Positions 57,733 to 64,000 of a stretch of 64,000 nt of DNA are shown here, piece after piece. The notes beneath the pieces were generated by a model. That model worked only from the letters and a program-made list of their open reading frames with translations. It was not told the DNA's origin and made no database searches. The stretch is from Hyphococcus sp. (lineage in GTDB: Bacteria; Pseudomonadota; Alphaproteobacteria; Caulobacterales; Parvularculaceae): contig NZ_JBHIXB010000002.1 of NCBI RefSeq assembly GCF_041986965.1, forward strand, positions 547,501 through 611,500, in the 5' to 3' direction. The translations under genes and the position numbers were made by a program. Numbering within the stretch: position 1 is the stretch's first letter; each line of letters begins with the position of its first letter.

Positions 57733-58883
57733 TGGCTGACGGCGCGGACAAACTTGTCGGCCGCACCCTTTCCGCCATCAGTGAGATTGATGCGGACCAG
57801 TGGAACCGCCTCGCCAACCCGTCCCCTGAAACCTACAATCCGTTCGTCTCCCACGAATTTCTGAGTGCGCTTGAAACCTCGAAATCGGTTGCGCCCGAAA
57901 CAGGGTGGGCGCCCATGCATCTTATCGTTGAAGAAGCGGGCGATATCATCGGCGCGGCGCCGCTCTACGCCAAAGGCCACAGCCAGGGCGAATATGTGTT
58001 CGACCATCACTGGGCTGACGCCCTTCACCGCGCTGGCGGGCGGTATTATCCAAAGCTCCTTTCCGCCGCGCCGTTCACGCCCGTGCCGGGACCGCGCCTC
58101 CTCGCCAAAACCCACGCCGCCAAAGCCACCATCGCCGCCCTGCTTCGGGAGGCCGCAGCGCAAACCGGCGCATCCTCGGCGCATGTGAATTTCATCACCG
58201 ATGACGACCGCTCGATATTGGAGGCGGCCGGCTTTCTGCCGCGCATGGGCGAACAATATCACTGGTTCAATCGCGGCTATGAAACATTCGAGGACTTCCT
58301 CGGCGAACTCGCATCGCGAAAAAGGAAACAGATCCGGCGCGAACGGCGCGAGGCGGCGGATGGACTGACAATCCGCAGGCTCATCGGCGCGGAGATCACC
58401 GAGCGCCACTGGGACGCCTTTTGGTTGTTCTATCAGGACACCGGCGCGCGCAAATGGGGCCACCCTTATCTCACGCGCACATTCTTCCGGCTTGTCGCTG
58501 ACAGCATGAGCGACCGCCTTCTCTTCATCGTCGCTGAGAGAGACGGCGAACCGGTCGCCGGCGCCCTCAACTTCATCGGCGGTGATGCGCTATACGGCCG
58601 CTACTGGGGGTGTACGGAGGATCTGCCGTTCCTCCATTTCGAGCTTTGCTATCATCAGGCTGTGGACTTCGCCATCGAACATGGACTTAATCGCGTCGAG
58701 GCGGGCGCTCAGGGCCAGCACAAGATCGCCCGCGGTTATGAGCCTGTTTCCACCTGGTCGGCGCACTGGATCGAGAATGACAGTTTCCGGGACGCCATTG
58801 ATCGCTATCTGCAATCGGAAAGAGAGCAAACAGGCATGGAAATTGACACATTGAAAGACTATACACCATTCCGGAAATCTTAA
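57732..58883 (+). CDS. GNAT/FemAB-like protein (DUF482)
   Basis: HSQGEYVFDHHWA, PFTP, LYGRYWG, HFELCYHQA and EAGAQGQHK. Confidence 0.85.
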   Translation: MADGADKLVGRTLSAISEIDADQWNRLANPSPETYNPFVSHEFLSALETSKSVAPETGWAPMHLIVEEAGDIIGAAPLYAKGHSQGEYVFDHHWADALHRAGGRYYPKLLSAAPFTPVPGPRLLAKTHAAKATIAALLREAAAQTGASSAHVNFITDDDRSILEAAGFLPRMGEQYHWFNRGYETFEDFLGELASRKRKQIRRERREAADGLTIRRLIGAEITERHWDAFWLFYQDTGARKWGHPYLTRTFFRLVADSMSDRLLFIVAERDGEPVAGALNFIGGDALYGRYWGCTEDLPFLHFELCYHQAVDFAIEHGLNRVEAGAQGQHKIARGYEPVSTWSAHWIENDSFRDAIDRYLQSEREQTGMEIDTLKDYTPFRKS

Positions 58884-58905
58884 GCGCGAGAAACAGGACG
58901 GACCC

Positions 58906-59343
58906 ATGTCGCTCGAAAACCAGTATGATTCCGACAATATTTTCGCCAAAATCATTCGCGGCGAGATGCCAAGCGTGAAAATTCTGGAGACGGACAAAAT
59001 TCTCGCTTTCATGGATGTGTTCCCGCAAAGCAAGGGGCATTGCCTTATCATCCACAAGAAAAGCGAGGCCGTAAATTTTCTCGATGTGGAGCCTGAAGCG
59101 CTGTCGGAATTGATGGAGGCGACACAAAAAATCGCCCGCGCCGTCAATGATGGTCTCAAGCCTGACGGCATTCGTATCCTGCAATTTTCAGGCGCGCGCG
59201 CAGGCCAGACCGTCTTTCACCTGCATTTTCATGTGCTGCCGGTATATGAGGGCGTCGTTGTCGCTGCACACGCCAGCGGCAAACCCGCCGACGCCGAAAG
59301 CCTTGAACCAATCGCTGCAGATATTCGGGCGGCGCTCAGCTAA
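58906..59343 (+). CDS. HIT family nucleotide hydrolase
   Basis: NIFAKIIRGE and GQTVFHLHFHV. Confidence 0.92.
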   Translation: MSLENQYDSDNIFAKIIRGEMPSVKILETDKILAFMDVFPQSKGHCLIIHKKSEAVNFLDVEPEALSELMEATQKIARAVNDGLKPDGIRILQFSGARAGQTVFHLHFHVLPVYEGVVVAAHASGKPADAESLEPIAADIRAALS

Positions 59344-59632
59344 TTACGCATCACATTAGAGTGTGATTTTATCTCGTCACTTTTGCTCGCGCAGACGTGT
59401 CTTGCGTGACGTTTCGCCAAAATATTATCTTGAAATCTGTAAGGGCGTTGCGCCGCCAATCGTCCCCACATTGCATGGCGGCATAACCAGCGCCTTTGCA
59501 AGTTACGATCTCTTGTAGCGTCTTAACATCATGCGTTCACGCAAGAGACCCGCAGAAGCGCGCCGGATCCCCCTTGCCGCATGGCGCGCTCAAAGAAAGG
59601 CCGCCGCGAACCCCTTCCCTCGCGGCGGTCTT

Positions 59633-60307
59633 TTATTGTTGCGAAACTGTTTCCGGAAATTTGAAATCTCCCATGGGCGGAAATTGCTGGCGGTCGAACG
59701 CCCACTCCTTGAAGGGGCCGTCAAGATCGACCCAATGCAAAAAGAGATGCGCGGACCAGCGGTTCGGATTGGGGATCGTGCGGCCGTGGCGATAATTACA
59801 TCCCTGATAGAGAATCGCGTCGCCCGGATTGAGCATGACTTCTTTTGACGACTCATCGCCAAAATCATCCGCCTTTTGTAACTCACAGGCGTCTTCAAAC
59901 TCATAGCGCCGTTCGCCAATTTCAAACGGCCAGACAATATCGTCGCAATAGCCAAGCGGCATGGAGAGCGAATGCTCACAAGATTCGCGATCCGAATGCA
60001 CCGTGCAGACATCGCCCTTCTGGTAGACGCGGAAAAACGCGTAGCTCGGCGCGAGACGCTTGCCCGTCAGATCGACCATTCTGGAGGTCAAACCCCAGTG
60101 CAGCCCCATGGTCGTGTGATGGCGGTAGCTGTAATACTCATAGGCCGGCTTGGCGTTGACCCGCGGCGCCGACATATAGGCGTCCGGCCGCTGATTGAGC
60201 TGCGCGCAGACGATAGCCAGGAAGTGCTGCACCATCGGGGCCGGCGCAACGCCCGGAACCACGGCGTAACCGTTTGATTCGTAGGATGTTCTGAAATCTT
60301 CGCTCAT
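59633..60307 (-). CDS. Putative 2OG-Fe(II) oxygenase
   Basis: PSYAFFRVY, HSDRESCE (HxD), PGDAILYQG, HGR and LFLHW. Start likely 60307. Confidence 0.6.
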   Translation of the reverse strand: MSEDFRTSYESNGYAVVPGVAPAPMVQHFLAIVCAQLNQRPDAYMSAPRVNAKPAYEYYSYRHHTTMGLHWGLTSRMVDLTGKRLAPSYAFFRVYQKGDVCTVHSDRESCEHSLSMPLGYCDDIVWPFEIGERRYEFEDACELQKADDFGDESSKEVMLNPGDAILYQGCNYRHGRTIPNPNRWSAHLFLHWVDLDGPFKEWAFDRQQFPPMGDFKFPETVSQQ

Positions 60308-60441
60308 GGGGCTAAATTCCCCCATCGCCGCGGCGGGGTCAATCGCGACCAAACGCCCCTGAGAAGCGATAAACCGAGCTGTGCCGCCCCCGCGGCGGCT
60401 GCGACACTGGTCGTCAGGGATGAAATTTCAAAGGACCGGAC

Positions 60442-61719
60442 ATGAAAAAATTCATCAGTGCCCTTGCGGCTGCGGCTTTTGTGGGGGCGCCGGTCCTGGC
60501 GCCCGCCTCAGCCGAAAACGGTCTTTCCGGCTATCGCGCTGGAATGGAGCGCGCCGCGGCGGCGTTTGAGGCGGAAGACTGGCCAGCCCTCGACACCGCG
60601 CTGGAGGACGCCCAGGCGGCGGCCCCCGGCTCTTTATATGTCTACCGCAACCGGATCCTTTCCCGGATGCTGACCGGGCGGCCCGGCGAAGCGCTCGCCC
60701 TCGCCGCCGCCGCCGCCAGGCGCGGATTGACGCTGAACCTGTCTGGCCACCCGGCCTTTGAGGCGCTCACCGCCATGCCGGATTTCGTTCCCGTCGCCGC
60801 GCAGATGGAGGCCAATGCAGCTTCGCTTGGCGCCCCATCGCAGACGAGAGAGTTCGAGGACACCGGCCTCCTGCCCGAAGCCATCGCCTATGACGGCAAG
60901 AACAAACTCTACATCGGATCGGTGCGCACTGGTGCGATCCTGAAAGCGAAACAAATGGATGAAGCGTTGACGCTAATCTCCCAAGCATCCGGCGGTGTTT
61001 TCGATCTTGAAGTGCGCAACGGAACCCTTTGGGCGGCCGTCAACAATCAGCTCGCTTATGAAAAGACCGGAGAAGAAGACGCCTTCGCCGCTGTCATGGC
61101 GTTTAATGCAAAAACGGGCGCCCCCATCCGCGAAATCCGGGTGACGCAGGAAGACGCCATGCTGGGCGATCTTGAAGTCGCCAAAGACGGAACCGTTTAC
61201 GCCAGCGATTCCATTACGCCGCGCCTCTTTCGCATGGCGCCGGACGGCCAAACGCTTGAGATTTTTTCCGCTGATCCGAGATTTGCAAATCCCCAAGGGA
61301 TCGCGCTCGATGAAAAAGCAGGCAAGCTCTATATGGCCGATTACCTCGCCGGGCTTTTCGTTATTGACGTTGAAACCGGCGAAGCGACGCTGTTGACAAA
61401 TGAGGCGGACGCCTGGCTGGGCGGGATTGACGGGCTGTATCTCTATGAGGACGGCCTCATCGGCATTCAAAACGGTTCGACCCCGCAGCGCGTTGTCTAT
61501 ATCGGCCTCAATGACGACAAGACCGCCATCACCAGCTTTGTCACCATGCATCGCAGCCTCGCAGGCTGGAATGAACCGACCCACGGCGCTGTCATCGGCA
61601 AGGACTTCCACTATATCGCCACGTCCAACTGGCCATCCTATAATGACGATGGGACGGTGAAGGATAAACCGGCGCTTCAGCCTCTCCGCATCATGACCTT
61701 GCCGCTTGAATCGAAGTAG
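60442..61719 (+). CDS. Exported SMP-30/gluconolactonase-like beta-propeller with N-terminal helical domain
   Basis: Signal peptide; repeated blades PEAIAYD, NPQGIALD and GIDGL. Confidence 0.65.
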   Translation: MKKFISALAAAAFVGAPVLAPASAENGLSGYRAGMERAAAAFEAEDWPALDTALEDAQAAAPGSLYVYRNRILSRMLTGRPGEALALAAAAARRGLTLNLSGHPAFEALTAMPDFVPVAAQMEANAASLGAPSQTREFEDTGLLPEAIAYDGKNKLYIGSVRTGAILKAKQMDEALTLISQASGGVFDLEVRNGTLWAAVNNQLAYEKTGEEDAFAAVMAFNAKTGAPIREIRVTQEDAMLGDLEVAKDGTVYASDSITPRLFRMAPDGQTLEIFSADPRFANPQGIALDEKAGKLYMADYLAGLFVIDVETGEATLLTNEADAWLGGIDGLYLYEDGLIGIQNGSTPQRVVYIGLNDDKTAITSFVTMHRSLAGWNEPTHGAVIGKDFHYIATSNWPSYNDDGTVKDKPALQPLRIMTLPLESK

Positions 61720-61748
61720 CATCAGCGGCGCAGCAACAAGGCGCGCCC

Positions 61749-62576
61749 GTGACCGCCATATCCGCAGGAAAGATAAAAGCCGTTCTGGCGCCGGATCTGG
61801 GCGGCGCCGTCATGTCGCTGTCTTTTGAGGGCAAGAACATCTTTCGTCCGGCCAGCTCACGCGACGCTGTCGCCGTCGACCCGCGCGAAGCGGCCTGTTA
61901 CCCTTGCGTCCCCTGGTTTAGCCGGCTTTTCGGCGGCCTCGATTTCGGCGGGCGGCATTACGAGCTGGCGCCGACCTTGCCCGCCTGCGATCCCGATCAC
62001 GCGCTTCATGGGCATGGCTGGGTCAATCCCTGGACGATAACGGATCAACGCGAAGACCATCTCACCTGCCGTTTCGATCATGCGCCCGCGCCCGGTCTGT
62101 TTCCCTTTCGTTTTTTCGCGACGCAGGAATTTTCCGTCTCGCAAGACGCCTTTCAGATCGTTTTGTCGCTTACCAACGATAGCAGCGCCGGCATGCCCGC
62201 CGGGCTGGGGCTTCACCCCTTCTTTCCCAACACAAAAACAACCGAGCTCAATTTCACGGAATATTTTGGCCAGCCAAAGCTTCCTTCAGCCCTGACGCCA
62301 CCGGAAAAAATCGACCACCGCGGACCGGTGACCGATGATCCTGTCGACTACACCGTCAAGCGCTGGGACGGAACGGCTGAAATCGTTCATGACGGCATGA
62401 AGATAGCCATGCGCAGCAACGCCCGTATCCTTCACCTCTATTCGCCGGAAGACGCCGATTTCTATTGCGCCGAACCGGTCAGCCATTGGCCCGGCCATTT
62501 CGGCCAGGACATCCTTGCGCCGCAGGAAACCATGGACCTTGTGCTGTCGCTGAAGATTATTAAGCAGGCAAGTTGA
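61749..62576 (+). CDS. Aldose 1-epimerase family protein
   Basis: YPCVPW, ALHGHGW, GLGLHPFF and YCAEPVSH. Confidence 0.85.
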   Translation: MTAISAGKIKAVLAPDLGGAVMSLSFEGKNIFRPASSRDAVAVDPREAACYPCVPWFSRLFGGLDFGGRHYELAPTLPACDPDHALHGHGWVNPWTITDQREDHLTCRFDHAPAPGLFPFRFFATQEFSVSQDAFQIVLSLTNDSSAGMPAGLGLHPFFPNTKTTELNFTEYFGQPKLPSALTPPEKIDHRGPVTDDPVDYTVKRWDGTAEIVHDGMKIAMRSNARILHLYSPEDADFYCAEPVSHWPGHFGQDILAPQETMDLVLSLKIIKQAS

Positions 62577-62764
62577 ACAAGGATAATCCGGATTAACCCT
62601 GTTTGCATTTGAAAAAGCTCGCTGACTGCTTTTCTTGCGGCGCAGGCGCGGCTCCAACTTTGTCGTTCAGCGCTTCAAACAGAGGCGTGAGTTAAGATTC
62701 CATACACACTTATCTGTAAAATTTGAACTTTATGAGGGAGGCCGCGTTTCCGGCCTGAGTAAGC

Positions 62765-63472
62765 ATGTGTGTACATAGTCTTTATACAGACCGTTCCGGT
62801 TCAACGGCGGTCGAATACGCCCTGATTGCCGCCCTGATTGCGGTCGCCATCTTCGCGGCGCTCGAAGTGACGGGCGAAAGCACAAAGTCAAAATTCCTCA
62901 GTGTGGAGTCCTCGCTTCTCAACGATGATGACAACGCGGGCAATGCAGGCGGCAGCAGCGGTTCCGGCGGCGGAGGCGGCTCTCCGTCCAGCAATGGCGG
63001 CGCATCCGCTGGCGGCGGAGGCGGCGGCTCGCCGTCTTCATCCGGCGGCGGTCTCGGTGGAAGCGCAGGCGCGCCATCGGCGCCCGCTGACCCGTCAAAC
63101 GGACAAGCAAATGGCCAAGGCAGCGGTCAGGGTAACGGTCAATCAGGCAATGCAGGCGCATCAGGCTCTGCCGGCGCCTCCGGGTCCGCCAGTGGCGGCG
63201 GCTCCTCTTCCGGAGGCGGCTCATCAGGCGGCGGATCGTTTTCTGTCGGCGGCGGCGTCAGCGCCCCGGGATCAGGCGCAGGCGGGACCACACCGGGGCC
63301 GACAACGCCCGCAACGCCGGCGCCCGGCGCCTCTAATCCTGTTGTTACAGATCCGGCGACTGACCCCACCGCCAATCCGGCGACGCCCGGCAATAACAAT
63401 GGAAACAGCAACGGCAATAACGGCAACAACGGAAATAAGAAAAACAAAAAGAAGAAAAAGAAGAAGAAATAA
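62765..63472 (+). CDS. flp: Flp (type IVb) prepilin with a long low-complexity C-terminal extension
   Basis: G|STAVEYALIAALIAVAI (E+5, Y+6), then about 180 aa of G/S/A-rich, P/T-rich and N-rich sequence ending in poly-K. Confidence 0.8.
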   Translation: MCVHSLYTDRSGSTAVEYALIAALIAVAIFAALEVTGESTKSKFLSVESSLLNDDDNAGNAGGSSGSGGGGGSPSSNGGASAGGGGGGSPSSSGGGLGGSAGAPSAPADPSNGQANGQGSGQGNGQSGNAGASGSAGASGSASGGGSSSGGGSSGGGSFSVGGGVSAPGSGAGGTTPGPTTPATPAPGASNPVVTDPATDPTANPATPGNNNGNSNGNNGNNGNKKNKKKKKKKK

Positions 63473-63493
63473 CGTCGCTGAAACCAACCCAAT

Positions 63494-63528
63494 AAAAAAC
63501 GCCGGGCTCAACACCCGGCGTTTTCTTT
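63494..63528. terminator. Bidirectional terminator between flp and clpA
   Basis: AAAACGCCGGG-CTCAACA-CCCGGCGTTTT. Confidence 0.85.
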
Positions 63529-63544
63529 GTGAATCTGTTGACGT

Positions 63545-64000
63545 CTATTCCATCAAGGCCGGAACGCTGGAGCCGTCACCGCCGTCTTTCGGTTTGTCGA
63601 CTTTGTCCGGATCGGGAAGATATTCAAAGGCGAGCTTGGTGGTGTCGTCGGCGTCCAGTAACACGCGAACGATGCCGCCCTCTTTGAGACTGCCGAACAG
63701 GATTTCATCCGCGATCGGCTTTTTGACATATTCCTGAATGACACGCGAAAGCGGACGGGCGCCCATCTCATCATCAAAGCCGCGCTCCGCAAGCCATTGC
63801 GTCGCCTCTTCGCTAAGCTCGAAGGTGACGCCGCGATCGGCGAGCTGGGCTTCCAGTTGCAGAACGAATTTCTCAACGATGCGGTTGATGATCGCTTGCG
63901 ACAGACCCGCAAACTGAATGACCGCATCGAGACGATTGCGAAACTCCGGCGTGAACATCTTCTTGATGGCCGCTTCGGTCTCGTCGGTCTTCTTGCCGCC
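63545..64000 (-). CDS. clpA: Partial CDS (3' end): ATP-dependent Clp protease ATP-binding subunit
   Basis: FTPEFRNRLDAVIQF, GARPLSRVIQ and IADEILFG. The frame continues off the window edge. Confidence 0.9.
   Translation of the reverse strand, partial: GGKKTDETEAAIKKMFTPEFRNRLDAVIQFAGLSQAIINRIVEKFVLQLEAQLADRGVTFELSEEATQWLAERGFDDEMGARPLSRVIQEYVKKPIADEILFGSLKEGGIVRVLLDADDTTKLAFEYLPDPDKVDKPKDGGDGSSVPALME

Noticed and set aside
62901-63737. 278-aa alternative frame over flp
   Set aside because: It arises from GC-rich low-complexity sequence, crosses a bidirectional terminator and overlaps clpA.

Overview
Alphaproteobacterial chromosome segment, about 59-60% GC by eye. I saw no rRNA, tRNA, CRISPR array, integrase or transposase. 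Bases 1 to about 50,480 form one continuous catabolic island for lignin-derived aromatics. By motif, synteny and recalled similarity to sphingomonad enzymes it encodes: beta-O-4 cleavage (three LigD/L/N/O-family C-alpha dehydrogenases, a LigF-type etherase, a BaeA/BaeB pair and a Nu-class GST); beta-5 cleavage (PcfL, FerD, LigW, LsdD); beta-1 cleavage (LdpA, LsdA); a hydroxycinnamate lyase (FerB); the AcvABCDEF acetovanillone kinase/carboxylase system, fused into an operon with a CouO-type hydrolase and ligF; and the O-demethylase LigM. It also has transporters (a TonB-dependent receptor and two MFS proteins) and regulators (two MarR, one AraC, one LysR) with visible operator-like sites. Several parts fit no pathway I know: a TonB-receptor-led module with two 2,4'-dihydroxyacetophenone-dioxygenase-family cupins, a VOC protein and four dehydrogenases; a CmcJ/NvfI-type oxygenase in front of lsdD; a second LigW paralog coupled to ldpA; a DUF3237 protein; and exported SnoaL and MBL proteins. 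From about 50.7 kb the window is housekeeping-like: amidase, kbl, UrcA family, an EcfG-promoter small protein missed by the ORF track, tdh, OmpA, RidA, GNAT, HIT, a 2OG-Fe(II) oxygenase, a beta-propeller, an epimerase, an unusual Flp pilin with a roughly 180-aa low-complexity and poly-Lys tail, and the 3' end of clpA. All ortholog names rest on remembered sequences and motifs, not on database searches.
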